Source of the DNA: Calditrichaceae bacterium
GTDB taxonomy: Bacteria; Calditrichota; Calditrichia; Calditrichales; JBFXGD01
DNA: 64,000 nt
Direction of reading: 5' to 3'
Assembly: GCA_050173015.1 (NCBI GenBank)
Contig: JBFXLE010000011.1
Location: 43,718 to 107,717 of the forward strand
Numbering within the stretch: position 1 is the first letter of the stretch; every line of letters begins with the position of its first letter. The translations under genes and the position numbers were made by a program. Positions 8,313 to 17,705 of this stretch are shown here, one piece after another. The notes beneath the pieces were generated by a model. The model did not search any database. It was not told the origin of the DNA and worked only from the letters and a program-made list of their open reading frames with translations.

Positions 8313-9170
8313 ATGTCAAGTATAACATCTGAAATCATCGAAAGTATTATATCTCAGGTCATTAGCGAATCGAATCTGGAGAGTTGCAGCAATTGCGAAG
8401 AATGTCCAAAAAGCTGCAAGCCATTCACTTATGAAGGAGCGAATGATCTGGTTTCATTTGGAGCGAGCCGTGTAGGTACCGTGGCGCCAAGTTGTCCTCC
8501 CAAATATGAGATGGCCAAATGGATTGATCACACGTTTCTAAAGCCCGACTCCACTAGGGACGACATCGAAAAAATTTGTGACGAAGCGCTTGAAAATAAT
8601 TTTGCTTCTGTATGTATCAATCCTTTTTGGGTATCGCTGGCAAGCAGAAAACTCCGGAATTCAAAGGTTAAGGTATGCACGGTGGTCGGTTTTCCTCTTG
8701 GGGCGACTTTTCCCGAAATTAAAGCGGCGGAAACTCAGGCGGCGGTGGATCGCGGAGCCGAAGAGATTGATATGGTGATTAATGTCGGCGCCCTGAAATC
8801 TGGTGATTATGACACGGTTGAACGTGATATCCGCGCGGTTGTAAGAGCAGCGGGACGGCGTGTTGTAAAAGTGATCATCGAAGCCTGTCTTCTTACCGAC
8901 GAAGAAAAAGTGACCGCCTGCGTGATATCCCAAAGAGCTGGAGCAAACTTTGTTAAAACTTCGACCGGATTCAGTAGCGGCGGCGCGACCGTTAAGGATG
9001 TAGCGTTGATGCGTCAGGTGGTCGGTCCGCGGATGGGTGTTAAGGCAAGCGGTGGTGTTCGTACCTACGATGAGGCCTGCAAAATGGTTGAAGCCGGAGC
9101 CACAAGGATCGGCGCTAGCGCGAGTGTGGCAATCGTAAGCAATGGTCAGGCGAAATCTACAGATTACTGA
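8313..9170 (+). CDS. deoC: Deoxyribose-phosphate aldolase with N-terminal encapsulation-peptide-like and Cys-rich extension
   Basis: [41 protein letters not shown]; ~65-aa N-terminal extension. Confidence 0.95.
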   Translation: MSSITSEIIESIISQVISESNLESCSNCEECPKSCKPFTYEGANDLVSFGASRVGTVAPSCPPKYEMAKWIDHTFLKPDSTRDDIEKICDEALENNFASVCINPFWVSLASRKLRNSKVKVCTVVGFPLGATFPEIKAAETQAAVDRGAEEIDMVINVGALKSGDYDTVERDIRAVVRAAGRRVVKVIIEACLLTDEEKVTACVISQRAGANFVKTSTGFSSGGATVKDVALMRQVVGPRMGVKASGGVRTYDEACKMVEAGATRIGASASVAIVSNGQAKSTDY

Positions 9171-9277
9171 TCAATCCTCAAGGCGTGATTTATTAAGTTA
9201 CTCCGGCATATGACCGGGCCGGGAATCCTATTCATCAATCAGACGACGAATATTTATAAAGGAAAGAATTATAGACT

Positions 9278-10594
9278 ATGACGGCATACGAGATTATCAG
9301 CAGGAAACGGGACGGGGGAGAATTGACAGATCAGGAAATCACTTATATGATCGACGGTTATACACGGGGCTCCATTCCCGATTATCAGGTTGCTGCCTGG
9401 CTCATGGCTATTTTCTTTCAGGGAATGAATACAAGGGAAACGCTGGCTATAACAAATACGATGCTTCATTCCGGTGAATCAGCCGATTTAAGTCAGGTAC
9501 CGGGTATTAAGGTTGACAAGCACAGCACCGGCGGAGTGGGTGATAAGGTCTCCATCATTCTTGCTCCAATAGTAGCGGCGGCAGGCGTGCCGGTACCGAT
9601 GATATCGGGTAGAGGGCTTGGGCACACCGGAGGTACTTTGGATAAACTCCAAAGCATCCCGGGTTTCCGTGTGGATTATTCCATTGATGAGTACCGTAAA
9701 AAGATTAAAAAAACCGGAGTGTGTCTGATCGGTCAGACAGCCTCTCTTGCCCCGGCAGATAAAAAGATTTATGCTTTGCGTGACGTGACCGCGACCATTC
9801 AGTCCATTCCGCTGATTTCGGCAAGTATTATGAGCAAAAAACTGGCCGAAGGGATTGACGCGCTGGTACTGGATGTGAAAACCGGAAACGGCGCATTTAT
9901 GCAGTCGTATGAGAAGTCGGTTGAACTGGCGAAAAGCCTGATCGCCATAGGTGAGAAAGCGGGTAAACCGACGGTTGCTTATATCACTAACATGGACGAA
10001 CCATTGGGTAAAACGGTCGGCAACTGGCTGGAGATGGTAGAGTGCTTTGAATGTATGCAGGGCGATGGTCCTGATGATCTGATGGAAGTGACTCACTATC
10101 TTAGCGGAACAATGATTTATTTGGGTAAAAAAGCCGATTCCATTGAAGATGGCATAAAAATCTCACAGGAAATGATCAAATCCGGAAAAGCGTGGGAAAA
10201 GTTTCTGGAAATTGTTGAAGAACAAAATGGTGATGTATCTTTTGTGAAAAAACCGGAGCAATATCCGGCCGCAAGTTTTCAGACCGATGTTCTTGCCGGG
10301 AGTGACGGATTTATTTCGGGGATCAACGCGTTGGAAGTAGGACTGACGGCAATCTCCCTGGGAGCGGGAAGAGAAAAATCAGAAGATGTTATCGATCCTA
10401 AAGCAGGGATTATACTGCATAAAAAAACGGGTGACAAGGTCATAAAAGGTGACAAATTAATGACGGTTTATACTGATAAAGAGCATGTGATTCAATCAGC
10501 TGTTGAGCGGCTTTCAGAGTCGGTATCCTATTCCGATACACCGGTTTCGAGGGAAAAGATGATACTTGATTATCTTGATAAAAAAGACTTATAA
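9278..10594 (+). CDS. pdp: Pyrimidine-nucleoside (thymidine) phosphorylase
   Basis: DKHSTGGVGDK, SGRGLGHTGGTLDKL, ALRDVTAT, SIMSKK. Confidence 0.95.
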   Translation: MTAYEIISRKRDGGELTDQEITYMIDGYTRGSIPDYQVAAWLMAIFFQGMNTRETLAITNTMLHSGESADLSQVPGIKVDKHSTGGVGDKVSIILAPIVAAAGVPVPMISGRGLGHTGGTLDKLQSIPGFRVDYSIDEYRKKIKKTGVCLIGQTASLAPADKKIYALRDVTATIQSIPLISASIMSKKLAEGIDALVLDVKTGNGAFMQSYEKSVELAKSLIAIGEKAGKPTVAYITNMDEPLGKTVGNWLEMVECFECMQGDGPDDLMEVTHYLSGTMIYLGKKADSIEDGIKISQEMIKSGKAWEKFLEIVEEQNGDVSFVKKPEQYPAASFQTDVLAGSDGFISGINALEVGLTAISLGAGREKSEDVIDPKAGIILHKKTGDKVIKGDKLMTVYTDKEHVIQSAVERLSESVSYSDTPVSREKMILDYLDKKDL

Positions 10595-10601
10595 TAGAAA
10601 C

Positions 10602-11393
10602 ATGAAAAATATTACAAAACGTCAGCAAAAGAAGATCAAGTATTATTTAAAGGAGAAACAGGACCGCAAAGAGAAAAAAGATATCATCCACGGAAAAGAC
10701 CTGCCGAAATATCTTGAAAAAAGGATACCTTATATCCGGCATCTGGCGCCAAATTTAGATAGAATTCTGATCGTTTCATCATTTGTGTCCCCTCCGTTTA
10801 AACCCGGCCTGATAGACCGCTTTCTTGTGCTTGCCGAGTTGGAAGAAGTAGAACCGATAATTTGTCTGAACAAGACTGATTTGCTTGAAGACAGGACGGA
10901 AATGGATTCTTTTGTCAGTTTGTACACAAAGATAGGCTATTCGACGATCGCGACATCCGCTGTGACCGGTGAGGGAATTGAAGAACTTCACGGCATGATG
11001 AAAGGGCATCGTTCGGCGTTTGCGGGGCATTCTGGTGTCGGGAAAAGCAGTCTGTTGAATAAAATCTCTCCGGACCTTCAAATCGAAACCGGAGAAGTCA
11101 GCGGCCTGACCAATAAGGGGCGTCATACAACCACCAGCCTAAAAATTTATAAACTTGATACAGACACTGATGTGATCGATCTTCCCGGGATTAAGCTGAT
11201 TGATTTTATTGATATTCACAGGGACGAAGCCCGCTTTTATTTCCGTGAATTCCGCGAATTGGATCAATACTGTAAATTTCGGGATTGTCTTCATCTGACT
11301 GAATTCAAATGCGCTGTTAAACAAGCGGTAAAAGATGGAGAAATTTCCACAATTCGGTACGATTCCTATGTGAATTTTGTCGATTCATTGTAA
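10602..11393 (+). CDS. rsgA: Ribosome small subunit-dependent GTPase A
   Basis: Circularly permuted NKTD, GHSGVGKSS, GRHTTT, DLPG; C-terminal CKFRDCLHxxExxC zinc site; start uncertain (10566 or 10602). Confidence 0.9.
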   Translation: MKNITKRQQKKIKYYLKEKQDRKEKKDIIHGKDLPKYLEKRIPYIRHLAPNLDRILIVSSFVSPPFKPGLIDRFLVLAELEEVEPIICLNKTDLLEDRTEMDSFVSLYTKIGYSTIATSAVTGEGIEELHGMMKGHRSAFAGHSGVGKSSLLNKISPDLQIETGEVSGLTNKGRHTTTSLKIYKLDTDTDVIDLPGIKLIDFIDIHRDEARFYFREFRELDQYCKFRDCLHLTEFKCAVKQAVKDGEISTIRYDSYVNFVDSL

Positions 11394-11458
11394 TATATAC
11401 CATGTATTTATAGAAGCGACAGTTTTAACTCGATTTTCCATTAACACGAGAATTACAA

Positions 11459-12139
11459 ATGGCGTATAAATATATCCTCTTCGATTTAGACGGTACATTG
11501 TTTGACTACGATATGGCGGAAGCCAAAGCCCTGAAAGCGGCGTTTGTAAAATTTGGACTCGCATATAATTCGTCCTGTCTTCAAATTTACAGAAGACTGA
11601 ACTCCGATCTTTGGCGTCAGTATGAAGCGGGTAATGTCACCCAGGATGCGCTTAAAGTGAAAAGGTTCGAACTTTTAGGGGCAGAAATGGGTATCCCCAT
11701 TGACCCGGCAGGTTTCAGTGAGATTTATTTGAATTATCTTGCTCAGGGGACGGATTTGATTGATGGTTCTGAAAATGTATTAAAATATCTTTCTGCCAAA
11801 TATCAGCTTTTTCTAATCACCAACGGTTTGAAAAATGTACAGAGACCGAGAATAGCGAATTCCTCGATTGGTCATTATTTTAACGATGTGATCATTTCCG
11901 AAGAAGTCGGTTACGCTAAACCTGATAGACAAATTTTCGATATTACCTTTAAAATTATGAACTACCCGGGCCGGAAAGATGTTCTGCTGGTGGGCGACAG
12001 TCTGACCTCTGATATGGCCGGAGGGTCAAATTACGGCATCGATACCTGCTGGTTTAATCCTTCCGGTAACGAAAACAATTCAGGGAATTCGGTTAGTTTT
12101 GAAATCAGAAAACTGGATGAATTGATTTCATTGCTTTAA
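11459..12139 (+). CDS. YjjG-family HAD pyrimidine 5'-nucleotidase
   Basis: FDLDGTLFDY, ITNG, KPD, GDSLTSDMAGG. Confidence 0.88.
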   Translation: MAYKYILFDLDGTLFDYDMAEAKALKAAFVKFGLAYNSSCLQIYRRLNSDLWRQYEAGNVTQDALKVKRFELLGAEMGIPIDPAGFSEIYLNYLAQGTDLIDGSENVLKYLSAKYQLFLITNGLKNVQRPRIANSSIGHYFNDVIISEEVGYAKPDRQIFDITFKIMNYPGRKDVLLVGDSLTSDMAGGSNYGIDTCWFNPSGNENNSGNSVSFEIRKLDELISLL

Positions 12140-12180
12140 AATCATCGTTTAACCGCTGTAACAGTGACACATTAGATCTT

Positions 12181-12215
12181 AAAATAAAAACGGCAATCTG
12201 AATGGATTGCCGTTT
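12181..12215. terminator. Intrinsic terminator between convergent genes
   Basis: AAACGGCAATC-tgaatg-GATTGCCGTTT with an upstream A-run (U-tract on the minus strand). Confidence 0.75.
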
Positions 12216-12237
12216 GACATTTATATCAGGTCTCTAA

Positions 12238-14691
12238 TTACTTTATCAGCATCATTTTTCTAATCGAACTTTCGCGGTTATCAACGGACAGTTTATAAAA
12301 ATAAAGCCCGCTTGATAAATTTGAACCGTCAAATTTTACCTGATAGGTTCCGGTGGCCTGATTTCTATCGACCAGGCGCGCCACAGTTTGACCAAGGATA
12401 TTATAAACAAGCACACTTACATGGCCGGGTTTGGAGATAGAATATTTGATGGTCGTTTCCGGATTAAACGGATTCGGATAATTTTGATTTAATTTGAAAT
12501 CCGCTATAATAAAGCCGTCATCATGAACCGCAGTGGGAATTCCAAATTCACTGGCGCCGATATCAATCCGGTTGCCGTAGATCCTGTCCACGCCATTTAT
12601 CGCGTACTGATACAAATTTAAACCGGTTGTATCCGGGGTACCGGCATCGATGCACGCGGAACCCTCCGAAAGGTTGTATAGAAGGGAATCGGCGAATTCC
12701 GGGGCGACGTCCAGACAATTGGAATAAATCCCGCTGTACTCAATTCCGGCTCCGTCACCGCTGAAACCGGAGGAATCACCCTCGATGTCACAGTAATAAA
12801 AATCAGGATCACAGGTAGTTTCCAACCGGATCTGTGTGCTTTCATTGCCATAAATAATGTTATTGTACAACTCATTTACAGAAGTTGCCCGGAAACTAAT
12901 TCCTCCGGATTGATTTTCTACTATCGTATTGTTAATAAAACGAGAATTGGACTGATAGCTGTATATACCATAACTGGAATTATTGAAGATCAAATTGCTG
13001 ACAAAATCCGCCTGATTGGAGTATCCGGTATAAACGCCGGATGATGAATTATTGAATATTTTATTGTTATAGATCCAGGGTTGAGAATCGCTCCCGCCAA
13101 TCAACATACCGTAACCATAATTATCATGAATACCGCAGTTTTCGATCACAGGCGAACTATTATCAATATAAACGGCCGCATTGATCCCGTGATTAAAACG
13201 AATATCTGAATGACGAATAAGCAATTTTGAAAATCCTGTGATGTAAAATGCCCCACCATCTTTGTTGATATTGTTGGGATCCCCGTAAGGATTTCCGTAT
13301 TCTATAACGCAGTAGGAAAAAACCGATGTGTCGTTGGCCGCAGGAGTTTGATTAAATAAAATCCGGTTCCAGCCTTCTTGCTGATCCGCGGCGGTGAACT
13401 TAATAGAATCACTCTCCGCGCCTTCCGCGATAAGAGTCCCCTGCACATCGATATAGAAAAATCCCTGGAATATTATTTCGACACCGGGTTCGATAGTCAG
13501 TGTGGTCCCGTCTTTAATAATGATATTTCCATCGATCAGATAGGGTGAATTTTCTTTCCCCCACACCCCCGCAACGGTATCAGTTTTGACATAATATTCG
13601 TACGCGCCGATATCGATCAATCCATTGCTAAATCGTTGTTTACCGGATAGATCAAGAACAGGTAAGGAAGCGTCATAAATATCGTTATATCCCTTGTCCC
13701 GGCAGGGAGAAAGCTTCTGAAGGGCATAGGGGGCATCTCCGGTATTCATAAAGAGAGGATCACTATCAAGGCAATTGCTATAGATTCCCGTAAATTCTGC
13801 GCCTGCGCCGTCTCCGTTAAAATATTCTTTTCCGCCCATGATATTGCAATTGTAAAAATTAGGATCACAGGTTGTTTCCAACTGAATTTGTGTCCCGGTA
13901 TTAGCATAAATAGTATTATTGTACAAATTATTTACCGAATTCGCGCGGAAAAAAATTCCTCCGTTTTGATTTTCTACTATCGTATTGTTAATAAAACGAG
14001 AATTGGACTGATAGCTGTATATACCATAATTGAAATTATTGAATATAAGATTATTGACAAAATCCGCCTGATTGGAGTATCCGGTATAAACGCCGGATGA
14101 TGAATTGTTGAATATTTTATTATTAAAAATCCCGGGTTGAGAACCGCTCCCGCCAATCAACATACCGTAACCATAATTATCATGAATACCGCAGTTTTCG
14201 ATTACAGGCGAAGCGTTATCAATATAAACGGCCGCATTGGTGCCATGATTCTGACGAATATCGGAATGACGAATGCTCAGTTTTGAAAAGCCAGTGATGT
14301 AAAAAGCGCCGCCGTCCTGACTGTTTGAATAAGGTTTACCGTATTCAATAATACAGTAATCGAACAAGGAACTGTCATTCGTAGCGGGCGTCCCGGAGAA
14401 AAGAATCCGGTTCCACCCCTCCGTTATGTTGGATGCCGTAAACTTGATCGAGTCACCGGCGGTGCCCACTGCCTGAACGGAACCCTTGACATCAATCATG
14501 TAAAATCCTTCTGCAATAACGGTTGTACCGGGATTGACCCGCAGATGAACACCGTCTTCAATTAAAATGTCACCTTTTACAAAAACCGTGTCCGCATCCC
14601 ACGCTGAATCGGTTGAAATCGTTCCGGAAACATCGATAGATGAGGCCAGAGTAAAAGATGTCAGACATAATACCAGTAAAATTTTGTACAT
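12238..14691 (-). CDS. Secreted right-handed beta-helix repeat protein (two tandem modules) with T9SS/FlgD-type C-terminal domain
   Basis: Signal peptide; Asn-rich PbH1-like repeats twice, each module ending IDIGA; C-terminal QNYPNPFNPETTI...KMMLIK. Confidence 0.85.
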   Translation of the reverse strand: MYKILLVLCLTSFTLASSIDVSGTISTDSAWDADTVFVKGDILIEDGVHLRVNPGTTVIAEGFYMIDVKGSVQAVGTAGDSIKFTASNITEGWNRILFSGTPATNDSSLFDYCIIEYGKPYSNSQDGGAFYITGFSKLSIRHSDIRQNHGTNAAVYIDNASPVIENCGIHDNYGYGMLIGGSGSQPGIFNNKIFNNSSSGVYTGYSNQADFVNNLIFNNFNYGIYSYQSNSRFINNTIVENQNGGIFFRANSVNNLYNNTIYANTGTQIQLETTCDPNFYNCNIMGGKEYFNGDGAGAEFTGIYSNCLDSDPLFMNTGDAPYALQKLSPCRDKGYNDIYDASLPVLDLSGKQRFSNGLIDIGAYEYYVKTDTVAGVWGKENSPYLIDGNIIIKDGTTLTIEPGVEIIFQGFFYIDVQGTLIAEGAESDSIKFTAADQQEGWNRILFNQTPAANDTSVFSYCVIEYGNPYGDPNNINKDGGAFYITGFSKLLIRHSDIRFNHGINAAVYIDNSSPVIENCGIHDNYGYGMLIGGSDSQPWIYNNKIFNNSSSGVYTGYSNQADFVSNLIFNNSSYGIYSYQSNSRFINNTIVENQSGGISFRATSVNELYNNIIYGNESTQIRLETTCDPDFYYCDIEGDSSGFSGDGAGIEYSGIYSNCLDVAPEFADSLLYNLSEGSACIDAGTPDTTGLNLYQYAINGVDRIYGNRIDIGASEFGIPTAVHDDGFIIADFKLNQNYPNPFNPETTIKYSISKPGHVSVLVYNILGQTVARLVDRNQATGTYQVKFDGSNLSSGLYFYKLSVDNRESSIRKMMLIK

Positions 14692-15118
14692 GCACTTCTC
14701 CTCGTGATTAAATAGTTCTGCCTTATTTATTTGTATGAATCTATATTAACGATACAACCTTGGTGTCTGGCGTTGATATTGCGCACGATTTCAATTCGGG
14801 TACTGATTTAATTAAATCGGGTTAGGGTCATAAACTTTTTTTTAAACTCGACTTTTAATGAATGAATCTTTAAAAAAAAAACATATTAGTGAAAAAATGA
14901 TCAATTGATGAGAAAAAATAGGATTGTGAAGTTTCGAAAGATGGATTGAAGGAGTGTCGATGATTGAAGAATTCGATCCGGCCATACTGGTTGGGTAAAT
15001 TTTCTGCTTTGTATTTAAGATGTGTAATAGTATATTTCTCAATAGCCTGCTATTTTTTCAATATGCTTATACTCAAAAGATAAAATAAATGAACAGCGCT
15101 TTTTAGTGAGGATAAAAA

Positions 15119-15574
15119 ATGAACTGTAATTTTAAGAAATTGCTTACAGGGAAAGCATTGCTGATTAGTCTGACGATATTCATTTTAATAGTTTCCTGTG
15201 ACAATGATTCTGCGGGGCCATGTGCGCATATCTATGAAGAGCCAATTCTCAGTGTGATTTCCGCTAGTGCTGTCGATACTCAGCAGGGAATTGACAGGAT
15301 TGAGCTTAAATCAATAAAAATTGACGGCATAGACGCTGAACTCAATATTCTATTGGACCAGTCATCAAATATTAATCGGCTGGACAGTACGCTGATCTGC
15401 AATATTCCCTGTGCCTTCGGCACTCAAACGGGGGAATACAGTTTTATGGTCTCCGCGGAAGGCTACAGGGATTCCCTCTATACACTGGATGTGCAATATA
15501 AGTACTCTGAGGGGGGCTGTCCATCCCGGTCATGGGGGAGTCAGGAGATGATGATAGAGTTAGCGCTTCAATAA
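15119..15574 (+). CDS. Hypothetical lipoprotein
   Basis: Lipobox LIVS-C after a hydrophobic stretch; several Cys. Confidence 0.75.
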   Translation: MNCNFKKLLTGKALLISLTIFILIVSCDNDSAGPCAHIYEEPILSVISASAVDTQQGIDRIELKSIKIDGIDAELNILLDQSSNINRLDSTLICNIPCAFGTQTGEYSFMVSAEGYRDSLYTLDVQYKYSEGGCPSRSWGSQEMMIELALQ

Positions 15575-15624
15575 AAGGACATTGATATAATGAGATAAAA
15601 TAAAATTCCATAAACATATTATGA

Positions 15625-15849
15625 TGGGTAAAATTCAATGTTAGCAAGGATGGTTTATTTGCGGGCGCGGCGCTTGGTCCTGGAATTGGCGGGCTTGTGG
15701 GATACATTATGGATTCAGATAGTGAGGACCCTTCTCCCATAGAAGTGCTCGTTGTGTTTCACTCTTTTGCGGGGGGTCTTTTAGGAGGGCTCATTGGTAC
15801 TCCCATAGGTATTATCATCGGTAAACGAGACATCTATTATTTCAAATAG
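15625..15849 (+). pseudogene. Glycine-zipper-like membrane protein remnant without an upstream start codon
   Basis: Reads DGLFAGAALGPGIGGLVG...GGLLGGLIGTPIGIIIGKRDIYYFK*, but an in-frame TGA lies at 15622 with no start before the first zipper. Confidence 0.45.
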
Positions 15850-16055
15850 CAAAATCAACTGAAAACTCTGATTACAATAAACGATGAATCATGAACTCCT
15901 TAAATCAGATGAAGATGGTTCAGATAAATTAAAAATGGGGAATTCACCGGAATTATAATAAAAGTCATGAAAAAAACATGACCCTTATCAGCAAGATATT
16001 ATCCCGGTTTCTTCTCTCCTAAAAGACAGTGTGCAAGGCAGACCCGCCTCCCCGA

Positions 16056-16526
16056 TTATATCTCCGGTCCGAAAGATCCGGTCTGGATTTTGTACTTCTT
16101 CTCGATGTTTTTGTGATGATTAACCTCTTCTTCGGCCAGATTTTTAAAGAGGGTAATCAATTCTGTGTCTTTTGCCGCCTTGGATGCAGCAACAAAGATC
16201 TGGTTCGCCCTGTATTCGCGTTTAAGCGCTAAATTTAGTATTTCTTCTATCGTCCAGTCCTCCTTGAAAGGCTCGTCCTGAACATCATGAGAAGATTTTC
16301 CACTTTGAAAAATGGTGTCATCCTTAACGACCACATCCAGATCGTACAAACCGGTTTCCTTTATATTATAAAGCATTTTTTCGTGCTCTTCTTCTTCCTT
16401 AACCAATTCTTTCAGAAATTTTTGGCTTTCGGGATCTTTAATGACTTTTAATCCTTTTCTGTAAAGATCCTGTGAATTGATCTCCTGCTGGATGGCTACA
16501 TCGAGTAAATCTCTTAAGGTTTTCAT
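16056..16526 (-). CDS. Rubrerythrin/ferritin-like diiron protein
   Basis: Duplicated AIxxE...EEEEH and ALKRE...EEVNH motifs. Confidence 0.85.
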   Translation of the reverse strand: MKTLRDLLDVAIQQEINSQDLYRKGLKVIKDPESQKFLKELVKEEEEHEKMLYNIKETGLYDLDVVVKDDTIFQSGKSSHDVQDEPFKEDWTIEEILNLALKREYRANQIFVAASKAAKDTELITLFKNLAEEEVNHHKNIEKKYKIQTGSFGPEI

Positions 16527-16547
16527 GACTTTTACCCCGTAATTTGA

Positions 16548-17576
16548 TTATTTTAAATTTTCCAGTGATTGAAATATTCGCTCATGAATCGAATCCACAA
16601 GCGGGGATGAATCGAGCGCGACTTGTCGAATGCCCAGATATTCGGTTAACGGTTTGAGAAGTTGAAAAATTTCCGGTTTGACAGATTGAATTTCTTCAGG
16701 AATCCGCGTTCTTTTTTCAATCAGTTCCAGTATTTGTTTTGGTAAAATAGAAAAGTACTCGTCATCTTTAAATGTAAATGAATCAATAAGCATCGAATTA
16801 TGAGCATTCGCCAGGATGAAGATTTTTGTAAAGTAAGGCCGCTCGTCATCATCTTTAACAGGAATCGGTGAAAAAAAGTAGTCAAGAATCCATTTCTCAT
16901 CGGTATGGTGAACAGAGTGTTTGAAGAGTGATAATCGGTCGAAATCGAGTTTAATTTCTGGAACCGGTAATTCGTCGGATTGGGGCACAGAAATCCAGCG
17001 GTCGATCCAATTCAGGTTGGTTTCATTTTTTACAGGCACTTTTACAAAATATTCATCTTCAAACGCAGAGAGAATCGCATCCACGCCGTTTATATGATGA
17101 ATAGCTATTTTTGCCGCCTGTGTGAGGCAAACAGTTATAAATTGCGCCTGTGATTCATTTTCCAGATACCAGGGATAATATCCCGGTAGATAATTTCTGA
17201 ACAACGGCCACGCGTTTCTGCCCCTGAACTTTAACCCGAGTGAATTTATAATTTCTTTATCCGGGGCGGTGATCAGTTGGCTGTTTTCAAAAGAGGTCAT
17301 AAGACATTTCTGGGAATAATAGAGGTCCCTAAAATATGAACCCCGGTTTTGTGAGAGATCTAAAAAACTTTTTAATCCTTCGACTCCCGGATATACGGCA
17401 AGCGCGAAATGTTCACCTTTATTGCCAAGGATTGAGCAAAATCCAATCTGATGATCCAGGGGATTCTGAACACCAAAGATATGTTTTTCCGTAAACCACT
17501 TCCAGGGCGCGAGTTTTTTAAATTCCACAGCCGCCTGATATAATTTTTTCCAGATAATCAAATTAATACCGGGCAT
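16548..17576 (-). CDS. Conserved hypothetical protein
   Basis: 342-aa ORF with AAGGA upstream; no function recognised. Confidence 0.75.
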   Translation of the reverse strand: MPGINLIIWKKLYQAAVEFKKLAPWKWFTEKHIFGVQNPLDHQIGFCSILGNKGEHFALAVYPGVEGLKSFLDLSQNRGSYFRDLYYSQKCLMTSFENSQLITAPDKEIINSLGLKFRGRNAWPLFRNYLPGYYPWYLENESQAQFITVCLTQAAKIAIHHINGVDAILSAFEDEYFVKVPVKNETNLNWIDRWISVPQSDELPVPEIKLDFDRLSLFKHSVHHTDEKWILDYFFSPIPVKDDDERPYFTKIFILANAHNSMLIDSFTFKDDEYFSILPKQILELIEKRTRIPEEIQSVKPEIFQLLKPLTEYLGIRQVALDSSPLVDSIHERIFQSLENLK

Positions 17577-17705
17577 AATACGATCCTTTAAATTACCATA
17601 ACAAATATATTTAATAATGAAATAAAGAGCAATTGCCGTTTTAATTGCGTAAAATAAAAAAAATACCTATAATTCTGGTTTGAATAAACAAAAACGGAAG
17701 ATGAT

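Noticed and set aside
9488-10096. Long antisense ORFs (this 202-aa one, 18730..19200, 33118..33660 and similar)
   Set aside because: They lie opposite well-supported genes and show no recognisable motifs
14805-14818. Perfect palindrome GATTTAATTAAATC
   Set aside because: An AT-rich single occurrence that is plausible by chance; no regulator can be assigned
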